From positions 1 through 64,000 of the IMG/VR virus record IMGVR_UViG_3300043424_000514: a DNA stretch of 64,000 bases. One strand, written 5' to 3'. Below, in pieces: positions 18,206-28,385 of this stretch. Every line of letters starts with the position of its first letter. Position 1 is the first letter of the stretch. A program made the position numbers and the translations under genes. The notes under the pieces were generated by a model, which was not told where the DNA came from, ran no database searches, and saw only the letters and a list, made by a program, of their open reading frames with translations. Origin of the DNA: a virus.

Positions 18206-19548
18206 TGCCTGAATTTATTAAAGCGTATCTTGGAACGACTCCTTTGTTTTCAAACGAAGCGCCTAAAACATACCGCTCGTCGGATTCATACACCCGCCCT
18301 GCTGAATGGTTGGCCCTCCCGTCTGCCGCCGCGAACGAGGTTCGCGCCCTCCACGCTGTTTTCGACAATACGGAAAATTTTTGCACGGTTCGGATGAATA
18401 CGACCGATGCCTCGACTTATTTTATTGATTGGGGCGATGGGCAAATAGAAACCGCAACATCCAATTCGCTTCGCACTCATGTCTATGACTATTCTAATGC
18501 GGCTTTGGATTCTGCAACCGTAACCAAGTTCGGTTACAAGCAATGCTTAGTTCGCATCTATCCTCAAGCCGGGAAAACTTTTTCCAGATTTGACCTCGGC
18601 GTGAAGGCTACTTCCCCAGCAGGTTTGCAAACCTACTCAAGTGGATGGTTGGACATGAATATCAACCTGCCGAATCTTGTGGCTGGACTTAATCTAGTCC
18701 TCGGAAGCAGTGCAATTAGGCATGGTTTCTTGGAAAGAGTCAACATCACATCTTGGGGCGCGATAACCTCATTGAACGGAGCTTTTAGGCTATGCGTTCG
18801 GCTTCGTTCCCTAAACGAGCATGAATGGAACACGACTAATATCACAAGTCTTAATGGGGCGTTTTTTTCATGTTGGGCTTTAACGACCCTTGATGCTTCA
18901 AACTGGAACACGGCAAATGTCACGAACTTTGGGGATATGTTCCGTGACGCTATCGCAATCACCGCCATAAAAATGCCCCCTCAATTCATCACCCAGACTG
19001 CAACCGTGATGGTGAATATGTTTTTTGGTGCGAATAGTCTGCAAGAGCTGGATTGCTCGAATTGGGACACACAAAATGTAACCTCGCTCGCTTATGTTTT
19101 CAACGGATGCGCCCTACCGCGAGTTGATGTTTCAAACTGGAACACTGCCAAGGTCACCACGATCAACAATATGTTTCAAGGTTGTATTTTATTGCAATCA
19201 ATAAATTTAACAAACTGGAACTTGAATCTCTGCACCAATGCTACCACGGCTTTTAACAACTGTCCCAGCCTTCGTGAATTGCTGGGGTGCAACATTTCTG
19301 CCGCAACCTCCCTCGGCACTCCGTTTCTTGCAGGATGCAACTCGCTTTCCAAGATGACTTTAACCGGCATGAATGCGACATTTAATGTGACTAACTGCAA
19401 TTTGAGTGGCGCGGCGCTGAATACGATTTACGCCAACCTCTCATCAAATGGAACGGGCAAAACGATTGGCGTAGCTGGGAACCACGGCATCGCAACTCAC
19501 GACACCTCAATCGCGACCGCAAAAGGCTGGACCGTAGCAATAGTTTAA
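18205..19548 (+). CDS. BspA/DUF285-like leucine-rich-repeat protein
   Basis: repeats of LDxSNWNTxxVTxxxxMF; IDWGDG motif; ends AKGWTV. Confidence 0.8.
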   Translation: MPEFIKAYLGTTPLFSNEAPKTYRSSDSYTRPAEWLALPSAAANEVRALHAVFDNTENFCTVRMNTTDASTYFIDWGDGQIETATSNSLRTHVYDYSNAALDSATVTKFGYKQCLVRIYPQAGKTFSRFDLGVKATSPAGLQTYSSGWLDMNINLPNLVAGLNLVLGSSAIRHGFLERVNITSWGAITSLNGAFRLCVRLRSLNEHEWNTTNITSLNGAFFSCWALTTLDASNWNTANVTNFGDMFRDAIAITAIKMPPQFITQTATVMVNMFFGANSLQELDCSNWDTQNVTSLAYVFNGCALPRVDVSNWNTAKVTTINNMFQGCILLQSINLTNWNLNLCTNATTAFNNCPSLRELLGCNISAATSLGTPFLAGCNSLSKMTLTGMNATFNVTNCNLSGAALNTIYANLSSNGTGKTIGVAGNHGIATHDTSIATAKGWTVAIV

Positions 19549-19549
19549 T

Positions 19550-19729
19550 ATGGACGATACATCCGGCTTTTACAAAAACGATAACGGCGAGCTATTATAT
19601 GGCACTAAAATTTACGGGCCATACGAGCAATACCTCCTAACCAAACAGGAAAAAAATAATCATTCGTATCCTGTGGACGGGTGGCATTGGTTCGACAGCG
19701 AAGAGGAAGCGCGAGGAGCTTTGCTATGA
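19550..19729 (+). CDS. hypothetical protein (59 aa)
   Basis: Not in ORF track; MDDTSGFYK...YPVDGWHWFDSEEEA; ATGA-coupled to next gene. Confidence 0.7.
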   Translation: MDDTSGFYKNDNGELLYGTKIYGPYEQYLLTKQEKNNHSYPVDGWHWFDSEEEARGALL

Positions 19730-20043
19730 CGCCCGACGCCGCTCTTAACACGATCTCGCACATCAGTAGTCAAAGCGATCGGTGGATATTTGTCGCTTTG
19801 TTGGCGATCGGGATTTTTGCCGCGTGGATGTTATTCAAGCATTTCACTGCCCGCGAGCAAGCCCTCGAAGCCAAAATCGACCGGATCGGCGCGGAGAGTC
19901 GGGAGCAAAACCAGCAGTTCATCACTCACTTGCAGACGGCCAACCGCGAACTCACCCAAATCCTCACCGAGACCAACGCCACGCTCCACCGGAACGCGAC
20001 GCTCATGGAGCGGGTCGAACGAAAGCTCGAAAAGAGTTTATGA
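19726..20043 (+). CDS. membrane protein with coiled coil (holin/i-spanin-like)
   Basis: one TM segment WIFVALLAIGIFAAWMLF then coiled coil; first gene of lysis block. Confidence 0.55.
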   Translation: MTPDAALNTISHISSQSDRWIFVALLAIGIFAAWMLFKHFTAREQALEAKIDRIGAESREQNQQFITHLQTANRELTQILTETNATLHRNATLMERVERKLEKSL

Positions 20044-20264
20044 ATAGAGCCCTACTATTTTGTATCACATTAGTATTTACCGGCTGTGTCAGCGTCCCCA
20101 TCCCTCCGATCGGCGATCGCGTGGGAGAATTAGGCAACCTCAAACTCAGCGTCAAAGTTTCCTACGAACCCAAATCCTCCCCCGAACGACCGCCGAGCGA
20201 TTCCATGGCTTTTGCCTGGGAGCAATTCGGCTTAACGCAACCCAAACTGTTAAAAGACAAATGA
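20040..20264 (+). CDS. lipoprotein (o-spanin candidate)
   Basis: MNRALLFCITLVFTG-C lipobox, Pro-rich mature part. Confidence 0.55.
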   Translation: MNRALLFCITLVFTGCVSVPIPPIGDRVGELGNLKLSVKVSYEPKSSPERPPSDSMAFAWEQFGLTQPKLLKDK

Positions 20265-20434
20265 AAATAGTAAACATCGTCATCGAACGACTCAGTGAAA
20301 ATTCCACCTGGCGCGGGCTCATCCTCGTCGTCACCGCCCTAGGGCTCCGTTTGGAGCCAGAGCTTCAGAATCAGATCGTTGCGGCGGGCCTCTCACTCGT
20401 CGGCCTCATCAACATCGTTCGCAAGGGTAAGTGA
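20261..20434 (+). CDS. holin
   Basis: 57 aa, ERLSENSTWRG, two hydrophobic segments, basic tail, abuts endolysin. Confidence 0.7.
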   Translation: MKIVNIVIERLSENSTWRGLILVVTALGLRLEPELQNQIVAAGLSLVGLINIVRKGK

Positions 20435-21015
20435 CCCAAGAGCAAATCCAGCGGATGCAACGGCGCATTGGCGTCGTGCCGGACGGGTTCTGGGGCCCCA
20501 AGTCCCAGGCCCGTTGCCGCGAGCATCTGCGCTCGCTGATGCCGAGCCCGAACCCATGGCCGCACTCCACGCAAGCGGCGCTCCGTGAGTTCTATGGCGA
20601 GCCAGGGGATGAATCGAACCTCGTCACGATCGAGTTTCCCTTCCCCATGTATTACGATGGGAAGCTCGTCAAAAAATCCCGCTGCCATCTGAAGGTCGCG
20701 CCTTCCCTGACGCGGATTCTCCAAGCGATCGGGAGCCTGCACGGCAAAGATCGCGAGGTCATGGAAGAGGCCGAGGACTACGGCGGTATCTTCAACTTTC
20801 GACAAAAACGCGGCGGAAACTCGTTTTCTGTCCATGCTTGGGGGGCGGCAATCGACCTCGACGCCGACGACAACACTTTTCGCGACACCTGGCCGCTGAA
20901 GGCCGATATGCCCCTGGAGATCATGGAGGCTTTCGCCCGCGAAGGCTGGCAGAGCGCCGGAGCCTTCTGGGGCTACGACGCCATGCACTTCGAGGCGACC
21001 CGCCCTAGGGCTTGA
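20431..21015 (+). CDS. endolysin, peptidase M15 family
   Basis: R...SVHAWGAAID...DAMHFE zinc-peptidase motifs. Confidence 0.9.
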   Translation: MTQEQIQRMQRRIGVVPDGFWGPKSQARCREHLRSLMPSPNPWPHSTQAALREFYGEPGDESNLVTIEFPFPMYYDGKLVKKSRCHLKVAPSLTRILQAIGSLHGKDREVMEEAEDYGGIFNFRQKRGGNSFSVHAWGAAIDLDADDNTFRDTWPLKADMPLEIMEAFAREGWQSAGAFWGYDAMHFEATRPRA

Positions 21016-21019
21016 ATTT

Positions 21020-22057
21020 ATGCCAAAAAAACAACCCGCAGCCAACAATGTTTGGCAGGAGATCGAACGCTCCTCCACGACTCGCGCCCACCGCTCCGAG
21101 GTGGACGACCTGAAGAAACAGATCGCAAGCTACCAGCAGGCGATCGAAGAGTTGAGCGCCAGCATGGATGTCGCGTCCCTGCTGAAGGAGTCGCCCGCAA
21201 GCAACCGCACCTACGCCATCGAGCGCAAAGGCAAATCCTCCACGGAATCCGCCGCGGTTGTCGTAGCGAGCGATTGGCACTGCGAGGAATCGGTCGATCC
21301 CCGCACGGTCTCGCACCTCAACACCTTTAACTTGGAGGTGGCCGATCAACGCATCGAGCGGTTTGCCAAGTCGGCGATCCGACTCCTCGAAATCCAGCGC
21401 GGTGGCTGCGACATCCCGATTTGCATTCTCGCGCTGTTGGGAGATTTGATGTCCGGTTTTATTCACGAGGAATTGCGGGAGGAAAACGAACTCACTCCCA
21501 CCCAAACCGTTCTGTGGCTCAAAGAGCGCGTGGCGAAATTCATCAACACCTTCCGCAAAGAGGGAGGCTTTGACCACATCATCATTCCCTGCTCGGTGGG
21601 CAACCACGGTCGCACCACAGTCAAGCCCCGCCATGGGACGAGTTGGAAGAACTCCTACGAGTGGCTCCTTTACAAAATCTTGGAGCAAGAGATCACTGAC
21701 AAGGTGACATGGGTTATTGGGGAGTCGTATCACACCTACCTCGATGTCTATGGCAAGACCTTCCGCCTGCACCATGGGGACGGATTGAAATTTCAGGGGG
21801 GCGTGGGCGGGCTCACCATACCCGTCGAGAAAGCCATCTCAAACTGGAACAAGGGCCGCGTAGCGGACCTCGATATTTTCGGGCATTGGCATCAGAGCCA
21901 ACAAAATCCGAAGTGGGTATCAAACGGGAGCCTCATCGGCCACAACGCCTACTCCATCGCCATCAAAGCGCCCTATGAACCGCCCCAGCAAACGCTCTTT
22001 CTTTTCAATGCGAAGCGCGGACGCACCGGCACCTGGCCCATCTTTTTAGAAGATTAA
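21020..22057 (+). CDS. calcineurin-like metallophosphoesterase
   Basis: SDWH, GD, GNHG, HHGD, GHWH motifs. Confidence 0.85.
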   Translation: MPKKQPAANNVWQEIERSSTTRAHRSEVDDLKKQIASYQQAIEELSASMDVASLLKESPASNRTYAIERKGKSSTESAAVVVASDWHCEESVDPRTVSHLNTFNLEVADQRIERFAKSAIRLLEIQRGGCDIPICILALLGDLMSGFIHEELREENELTPTQTVLWLKERVAKFINTFRKEGGFDHIIIPCSVGNHGRTTVKPRHGTSWKNSYEWLLYKILEQEITDKVTWVIGESYHTYLDVYGKTFRLHHGDGLKFQGGVGGLTIPVEKAISNWNKGRVADLDIFGHWHQSQQNPKWVSNGSLIGHNAYSIAIKAPYEPPQQTLFLFNAKRGRTGTWPIFLED

Positions 22058-22069
22058 CCCTGTAAACTT

Positions 22070-22486
22070 ATGAACCCTTGGAAAGCCCTCGTCGTTAAAC
22101 ACAAAGCCAAAAGCGTAAAGCCCATCCCCGAGGGGTGGCTCACCCGCGCCCAAGTCGCCGAAAAACTCGGATGCTCCGAGTCCCGAGTGAACGAAAACCT
22201 CCGCTCGGCGATCAAGGCCAAAGATGTTTTGATGGATAAATTTGCGGTGTGGGACGCGCTCGAAGGCAAGGTCGTTTCGATCCCCTGTTATTCGATCGCA
22301 ACCCGCAAATCCTCGGAATCGGCTCCTGCGAAAAGCAAACGCTGGCCTTACCCCGTGGGAACCAAGGTTCGCCGGTATGACAGCACCCAAACGGGGGTGG
22401 TGATTTCAGGCGGGCGCATCGAGTGGGCGAACGGGCACATCAGCACGCCAAAAGGTAGCTCGACTCAAAAGATTCTCGCAGTGTGA
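22070..22486 (+). CDS. hypothetical protein with HTH-like segment
   Basis: WLTRAQVAEKLGCSESRV. Confidence 0.55.
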   Translation: MNPWKALVVKHKAKSVKPIPEGWLTRAQVAEKLGCSESRVNENLRSAIKAKDVLMDKFAVWDALEGKVVSIPCYSIATRKSSESAPAKSKRWPYPVGTKVRRYDSTQTGVVISGGRIEWANGHISTPKGSSTQKILAV

Positions 22487-22770
22487 AAAAAACCTCCGGC
22501 AGAGTCCGAATCCGTGGCAAGTGGTGGAAAATCGAAATAAAGCGGCTCGCGCCTATCAAAAAAGAAGGCGGCTGGTCCTCGCTCCACGGACTCTGTGATT
22601 ATTCCAAGCGAACGATTTACTTGAACCCGCAATTCAACATGAAGGCGACTCTGCGGCATGAAGTAACCCACGCCTGCCAGCCCGACCTGGACGAGCCCAC
22701 GGTGGAGGAGATCGAGGACGCCCATGAAAATGCCGACAAAGTTTTTGAAAAACTGGTTGCCGAATGTTAA
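22483..22770 (+). CDS. small HExxH metallopeptidase-like protein
   Basis: GLCDYSKRTIYL...TLRHEVTHA. Confidence 0.65.
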   Translation: MKKTSGRVRIRGKWWKIEIKRLAPIKKEGGWSSLHGLCDYSKRTIYLNPQFNMKATLRHEVTHACQPDLDEPTVEEIEDAHENADKVFEKLVAEC

Positions 22771-22792
22771 TAACCTTGTAGAATAATAACCC

Positions 22793-23560
22793 ATGCTGCT
22801 TGTCATCCCGTTTGCCGAAAAGTCTCTGCCTCTGTATCAGCACCTTTTTTCCCTAGGGGGCGTGGCGATGCACGATGTTTTGCTGGTCGGCGGGAACCGC
22901 GATGTCGCCGAGATCGAGAAGGCGCTCAACATTTTGAAGGGAGCTTTTGCCAACGCGGATGTTTTCACAGGCGACCATGTTTACACCTCGCGGAACAAAC
23001 TCTTTCACGACACGGCGCACTACCTCGACCTCGTGGGCTGCACCGATCCGTGGTATTGGTTCGACGAGACCTGCTGCCCGCTGCGCCCTTCATGGCTGAC
23101 GGAGATCGCAAAGGAGTATTTCGCCGCGAAGATGCCCTACCTCGGAGCCACCGAGCGTAGCGTGGAGCGCAACCCTGCCACGGGGAAGCCCTATGAGGAG
23201 CCGCCGCGCCTGATCGCTTCGTCGATCTACCCGCCCGATCTTTACCTGCGGAGCACGCTGATCCGCCGCTTGGGCTACGGTCCGAAGGAGACGCCGTGGA
23301 ATGTGACGATGCGGTTCGAGATTCGCAAGGAAGCCGCGACTTCCAAGCTCATCCAAAACCAAGCGGGCACCTCGAATTATCGGGGTGGTCCTGATGGGAA
23401 GTATTTTTTCAAAGAAGCCCCTGGGGTGAACGCCGAGCCGATTGCCCCGCACACGGCAGTCGTCGCCGGAGTCTCCGATGGGTCTGTGCTCGAAGTCCTC
23501 AACCCCAAGCCCAAACCGGCCAAGAAAAAATCCGATGAATCTGAACCACTCTCCGCTTGA
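22793..23560 (+). CDS. hypothetical protein (possibly glycosyltransferase-like)
   Basis: 255-aa ORF in operon; WYWFDETCCPL..WL segment only weakly GT-A-like. Confidence 0.55.
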   Translation: MLLVIPFAEKSLPLYQHLFSLGGVAMHDVLLVGGNRDVAEIEKALNILKGAFANADVFTGDHVYTSRNKLFHDTAHYLDLVGCTDPWYWFDETCCPLRPSWLTEIAKEYFAAKMPYLGATERSVERNPATGKPYEEPPRLIASSIYPPDLYLRSTLIRRLGYGPKETPWNVTMRFEIRKEAATSKLIQNQAGTSNYRGGPDGKYFFKEAPGVNAEPIAPHTAVVAGVSDGSVLEVLNPKPKPAKKKSDESEPLSA

Positions 23561-25865
23561 ACTGAAGGGGCTCGACCCCGTGACCGGCGAAGTCCCTTGC
23601 GCCCGCGTGGGCGATGTGGACGCCGCCCGCTCGATTTACCTCTCGCTGAAAAAAGCCGACGAAGGCAGCAGCCGCAACCGCGCTTTGATCGACGGGATGT
23701 TCAACGGAGCGCCGCCCTTCAACGCCAACGATCTGAAAGAGGTCGGGCAAGGCGAGCGCACGAATCTGGATTTCGGCGAAGCCGCCGCGCTCAAGGATCA
23801 AGCCCTCGCAGGCTACTACGATCTGACGAACTCGGTCGATATGCTCGCCCGCGTTCGCACCACTTACGGAAGCCCCGAGCAAGCCGCCGAGTGGAGCGAA
23901 ATCATCGGCGAGGAGTTCCACCGCACCCTTCGCGGATGGAGCGAGTTTGAATTTAACCACCAGCGGCTCTCGGATTATTTCGTGAGCCACGGCGTCGGTG
24001 TCTCGTATTTCGAGGACGAACTGGATTGGCGCTGGCGCGTAACGGGGCTCAATGAATTTCGCATCCCCCGAGGCACGCGGGCGAGCGAGGCCGAGATCGA
24101 GGTCGCCACAGTGGACCGCGAATACCGCGCCGACGAGCTTTACGGATTTATCCGCGACCCTGAGATCGCCGCCTCCCTGGGGTGGGATGTCGCCACGGTC
24201 AAAGAAGCCCTGAAGCGGGCTTGCGCTCAAGACACCACAACCTCCCTGGGGGACTGGGAGAAATTGGAGGTAGAGCTAAAAAACAACGACATCCTTTACG
24301 GCACTGCCAAGAGCAAGGTCGTTAAAGTCGTTCATATGTGGGTGAAGGAATTTTGCGGCTGTGTGTCGCATTTGATTTTCCTGCAAGAGCCGCTTCCCAC
24401 CGATGTCGGCGCGATCAAGGAGAGCTTCCTTTACCGAAAAGAAAAACGCTTCGACACGCCGACGCAATGCTGGGTGACATTCACCTACGGCGTCGGCAAC
24501 GGCACCTACCACGGCATCCGCGGGCTGGGCTTCAAAATCTACCCGCACATTCAAGTGCTCAACCGCCTGCGTTGCGGCATGGTGGATGGGGCGCTGCTCT
24601 CCTCCTCGCTCATCGTGCAGCCGAGCGACAGCAGCACTCGCGCTCTCGATGACCTGACACTCACCTACTACGGCCCTTACGCCCTGTTCCCGCCTGGCTT
24701 GAAGATCGTGGACAAAGCCGTCCCGAACCTTCAGCAGAACATCATCCCCGTGATTAACGACATGGCGATGCAGATGAGCAACAACACGGGGGCCTACCAG
24801 ACCCGTGCCAACACGGGCGACAGCAATCAAGCCCGCACCGCCTACGAGGTGAAGGCGCAGTTGCAGAAAGAGGCCGTGCTGTCCAACGCCTCGATCAACC
24901 TTTTCTACCACCCGTGGAAGCGGCTTCTCACCGAGGTCTTCCGCCGCCTCACACGCCGCGATTACAACGCCCGCGAGCCAGGCGGCAAGGAAGCGGTAGA
25001 GTTCCGCAAACGCCTTCTTAAACGCGGCGTGCCTGAAGAAGCGATTCACCGCGTCATCAATGTCGAGCCAGTGCGGGCGATCGGCTACGGAAGCCCCGCG
25101 ATGCGAATGGCGGCGATTGACGAGACCATGTCGATCTTCGGCTCGCTCGATGAAATGGGCCGCATCAACCTGCTCCGCGACCGCGTGGCGGCTCGTTTCG
25201 GACAGGAAGTGGTGGACCGCTACATTCCTTCCCCGCAGACGACGCTCCGCCCGCCATTGGATTTCAAGATCGCGGTCTTGGAGAACGCAACGATGTCCAC
25301 GGGAAGCCCGATCCCCGTGAGCCCTGGGGAAAATCATTTCATCCACGCCTCCACCCACCTCAACGCGATGGACCAACTCGACCGCGCCGTGGCCGAGGGA
25401 GCAAGCAACCCGATGGAAGCATTGAGCGCCTTCAAAATGTTCTTGCCGCATTTGGGCGAGCATTTGTCCCAGTTGGGCAGCGACCTCGTTCGCAAAGACC
25501 AGGTCGCCCTCATGCGCCAGCGCCACCAGCAACTCAGCGCCAGCGCCCAACGCCTCGCTGACGAGTTGCAGGCGATGCAGGAGAACCAGCAGAAAGCCCA
25601 ACAAGCCGAAGCCGAGCGCCAACAGACCGCCCTCATGGCCGAGTATCAGGCGATGCAGAAGAAGCTCGCCGAGTCCGAGCAGTTGAGCCCTGAGGCCCAG
25701 CAACGGCTTCTGGAGCGCCGCGCCGAACTGCAAATGAAAATCGAGAAGCACCAAGCTGACCTGCAAATGAAGGACGCGCAGACCGCCCAGAAGCTCGCTT
25801 TGGAAGACGCCAAAGCCGCCGCGAAGATTCGCTCGATGACGACTCCCGCCACTCCACAACCATGA
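23535..25865 (+). CDS. portal protein
   Basis: about 776 aa from ATG 23535, Gln-rich coiled-coil C-terminus, upstream of scaffold and capsid. Confidence 0.75.
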   Translation: MNLNHSPLELKGLDPVTGEVPCARVGDVDAARSIYLSLKKADEGSSRNRALIDGMFNGAPPFNANDLKEVGQGERTNLDFGEAAALKDQALAGYYDLTNSVDMLARVRTTYGSPEQAAEWSEIIGEEFHRTLRGWSEFEFNHQRLSDYFVSHGVGVSYFEDELDWRWRVTGLNEFRIPRGTRASEAEIEVATVDREYRADELYGFIRDPEIAASLGWDVATVKEALKRACAQDTTTSLGDWEKLEVELKNNDILYGTAKSKVVKVVHMWVKEFCGCVSHLIFLQEPLPTDVGAIKESFLYRKEKRFDTPTQCWVTFTYGVGNGTYHGIRGLGFKIYPHIQVLNRLRCGMVDGALLSSSLIVQPSDSSTRALDDLTLTYYGPYALFPPGLKIVDKAVPNLQQNIIPVINDMAMQMSNNTGAYQTRANTGDSNQARTAYEVKAQLQKEAVLSNASINLFYHPWKRLLTEVFRRLTRRDYNAREPGGKEAVEFRKRLLKRGVPEEAIHRVINVEPVRAIGYGSPAMRMAAIDETMSIFGSLDEMGRINLLRDRVAARFGQEVVDRYIPSPQTTLRPPLDFKIAVLENATMSTGSPIPVSPGENHFIHASTHLNAMDQLDRAVAEGASNPMEALSAFKMFLPHLGEHLSQLGSDLVRKDQVALMRQRHQQLSASAQRLADELQAMQENQQKAQQAEAERQQTALMAEYQAMQKKLAESEQLSPEAQQRLLERRAELQMKIEKHQADLQMKDAQTAQKLALEDAKAAAKIRSMTTPATPQP

Positions 25866-26080
25866 GAGACTACCGCGCCGAATACGACAACTACCACGCC
25901 CGCCCCGATCAGAAAAAGAAACGGGCGAATCGCAACGCCGCCCGCCGGAAGCTGGCCCGCGAGGGCCGCGTGAAGAAAGGCGACGGGATGGATGTCCACC
26001 ACAAGGACGGCAACCCGCTCAACAACAACCCTGGCAACCTGCAAGCCCTGCGGGCGAAAATCAATCGCTCCTTGAAATAA
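25862..26080 (+). CDS. small HNH endonuclease-like protein
   Basis: GDGMDVHHKDGNPLNN..NL...NRS. Confidence 0.8.
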   Translation: MRDYRAEYDNYHARPDQKKKRANRNAARRKLAREGRVKKGDGMDVHHKDGNPLNNNPGNLQALRAKINRSLK

Positions 26081-26317
26081 ATGCCGAGCGCCTTCGACAT
26101 GGCGAAAAGTTTGCTTACCGACACCGCGAAGTGGGCCAAGAAAGGCTTCAAGCTCGCCTCGGGCGAGGTCATCACGAACCGGTTCGAGCAGTGCCAAGCG
26201 TGTCCATTTTGGAACTCGAAGGCATGGGGTGGCTCCGGCAAATGCACGGTCTGCGGCTGCTCGACCAAGGCCAAGCTCGTTCTCGAAACCTCCAAATGCC
26301 CGAAAGGGAAATGGTAG
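26081..26317 (+). CDS. small Cys-rich zinc-binding protein
   Basis: CQAC...CTVCGC...CPKGKW. Confidence 0.7.
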   Translation: MPSAFDMAKSLLTDTAKWAKKGFKLASGEVITNRFEQCQACPFWNSKAWGGSGKCTVCGCSTKAKLVLETSKCPKGKW

Positions 26318-26800
26318 ATGGGCCGATTTCTTTTCAATCCCTTCACGCAGAATTTCACGGTGATCCCGAAGCCGCAGGCCGAAGGGTTTTTCCTGCTCGC
26401 GGCCCGCAATGGCAAGCTGGAGTGGGTGGAGCGGGAAGACCCGATGGCAAAGACCGTGACGATCGGCTTCACCACCACGGCGACCCGCGAGGTGTCCTCT
26501 GTGGGAATCCTCCCCAGGGTGGTGATCGCCCGCGCCGATGCGGCCTATGTGAAAACGATCGAAGACCCAGGCACCTACACGCACGAGGTCTTGATCGACG
26601 ACACGGCCAGCAGCACCGCCTCCTACGCGGTGGGCGTGTATCTCGCCCCCGACCAAGCCGCCGCCATCACCACGCTCCCCAGCACCGCCATCACCGCGTC
26701 CCCTGTGGCCGACAGCAACGGCGACAATGTCGCGTTTATTTATGTGATGACCTTCACGGGTGACGCCTCCGTGAACATCGACGCCTACGACTCACCATGA
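26318..26800 (+). CDS. putative virion protein
   Basis: N-terminus RFLFNP..NF shared with fibre 13707. Confidence 0.6.
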   Translation: MGRFLFNPFTQNFTVIPKPQAEGFFLLAARNGKLEWVEREDPMAKTVTIGFTTTATREVSSVGILPRVVIARADAAYVKTIEDPGTYTHEVLIDDTASSTASYAVGVYLAPDQAAAITTLPSTAITASPVADSNGDNVAFIYVMTFTGDASVNIDAYDSP

Positions 26801-27084
26801 CCACGATTGAAACCTTCCGATCCAGCGAGGTGCTTACGAGCGCCTTCGCCGACCTACTGAAACGCCCCGAGATGAAAGCCGCCATCGAGGCGCTGCGCCA
26901 GTTGGGGTGCCCCAGGGAGATCGCTCCGCCGACCGGCGTGGGCTTCTCCGAATGGAACTCGCACCAGAACACGCGCTTCGAGGGCTTCAACCAAGCGATC
27001 GACGCGCTCCTCGCCCTCGGCGTGCCGATCAAGCCGCGCAAGAGCGATAGCGACCTCATGCCCAGCCTCGAACCCGAGGATTGA
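26797..27084 (+). CDS. hypothetical protein
   Basis: coupled ORF before scaffold. Confidence 0.65.
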   Translation: MTTIETFRSSEVLTSAFADLLKRPEMKAAIEALRQLGCPREIAPPTGVGFSEWNSHQNTRFEGFNQAIDALLALGVPIKPRKSDSDLMPSLEPED

Positions 27085-27089
27085 ACTTT

Positions 27090-28328
27090 ATGTCAGACAC
27101 CACCGAAACCACACAGACAACACCCGCGCCCGAGGGGGAACCCCAAGGCAAGGGAGGAATGATGAGCTTCGACGCCGCCGCGAGTATCGCGGACGCCTTC
27201 GCCAAGCTCAAAGACGGCGACGCCGCCCCCGACGCGCCGATCGAAACCGAGCCCACAGGGCCCACAAACCACTCTGGGGACAAAGGGCCCGAGGGTGAGG
27301 CAGGCAAGCCCGAATCCGAGGAGAAGGAGATCAAAGTCCCCACCTCCGACGACCTCGCCAAGCTGCGCGGGAAAAAAGCCCCCGCGAAGAAAAAAGAGGA
27401 GACCCACGAGCCTTCGGAAGATCGGGGCTTGGAGAATGCCAGTGAGAGCGCGAAGAACGCTTTTGCCGCCATGCGAAAAGACCTGAAGGCCGAGCGGGAA
27501 AAAGCCGCCGCGCTGGAGGCCCGCCTCGCCGAGTTGGAGAAATCCAAATCCGAGACCGACCCCGAGGAGGTGCAACGCCTGCGCTCGCAGAACGAGGAGT
27601 ATGAGCGCGAACTCCAAGTCGCCCGCGTCGAGGCCACCAAGGAGTTCAAGGACGCCGTGGTCGCCCCCATGCAGGCGATCCGCGAGTCGATCAGCCAGAT
27701 CGCCTCGAAATACGAGATTGTGGAAGCCGACATCGTGAACGCCTTCGCTGAGTCCGATGCCAGCGCCCGCGCTGACAAACTCAGCGACATCGCCGCCGGA
27801 ATGAACGACCGCGACAAATTCGCCCTCTACGACTTGGAGACCCGCTTCGCCAAGGTGCAGAGCACCCGTCAGAAAGTGGTCAACAACGCCAAGCTGGCGC
27901 TGGAAAAAATCGAGCAACACCGTGAGGAGCAGTCCAAACTTCAAAAAGAGGAATACGGCAAGCGATACAACGGCGTGGTGGACAAGGTCATCGAGGAAGG
28001 CCGACAGGCTGTGCCGCTCCTGCGCCCGATCGACGGCGACGACGAGTGGAACGGCCAACTCGCCGGAGCCGAGAAATTCGTGCGCGAACTCGACTTCGAG
28101 GGGCTGAACGAGGATTCCCGCGCCCGTGTGGCTTATCGCTCCGCGGTGGCCCCGATCATCTACGGCCAATTCGTCTCGCTCTACAATCGGTATCAGGAAC
28201 TTGAGAAGTCCCTGGAGAAATACCAGAAAGCGACCCCCAAGGCGGGCGGAGGCGGCAGCGCCCCAGCGGCCCCAGCCAAGGAGGAGTTTGACGACTTCAT
28301 GTCGGCGCTTAAAGCCAATCTGCGCTAA
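27090..28328 (+). CDS. capsid scaffolding protein
   Basis: acidic disordered N-terminus, coiled coil, directly before capsid gene. Confidence 0.7.
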   Translation: MSDTTETTQTTPAPEGEPQGKGGMMSFDAAASIADAFAKLKDGDAAPDAPIETEPTGPTNHSGDKGPEGEAGKPESEEKEIKVPTSDDLAKLRGKKAPAKKKEETHEPSEDRGLENASESAKNAFAAMRKDLKAEREKAAALEARLAELEKSKSETDPEEVQRLRSQNEEYERELQVARVEATKEFKDAVVAPMQAIRESISQIASKYEIVEADIVNAFAESDASARADKLSDIAAGMNDRDKFALYDLETRFAKVQSTRQKVVNNAKLALEKIEQHREEQSKLQKEEYGKRYNGVVDKVIEEGRQAVPLLRPIDGDDEWNGQLAGAEKFVRELDFEGLNEDSRARVAYRSAVAPIIYGQFVSLYNRYQELEKSLEKYQKATPKAGGGGSAPAAPAKEEFDDFMSALKANLR

Positions 28329-28346
28329 GAGCTTCCCCTCCCCATG

Positions 28347-28385
28347 ACCCCACAGGGACTTAGTCTCTGTGGGGTTTTTCTTTTT
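28347..28385 (+). terminator. intrinsic terminator
   Basis: ACCCCACAGGGAC-TTA-GTCTCTGTGGGGT followed by T tract. Confidence 0.8.

Noticed and set aside
25862-26080. HNH gene as intron or mobile homing element
   Set aside because: Only 72 aa, coupled to flanking genes, interrupts nothing
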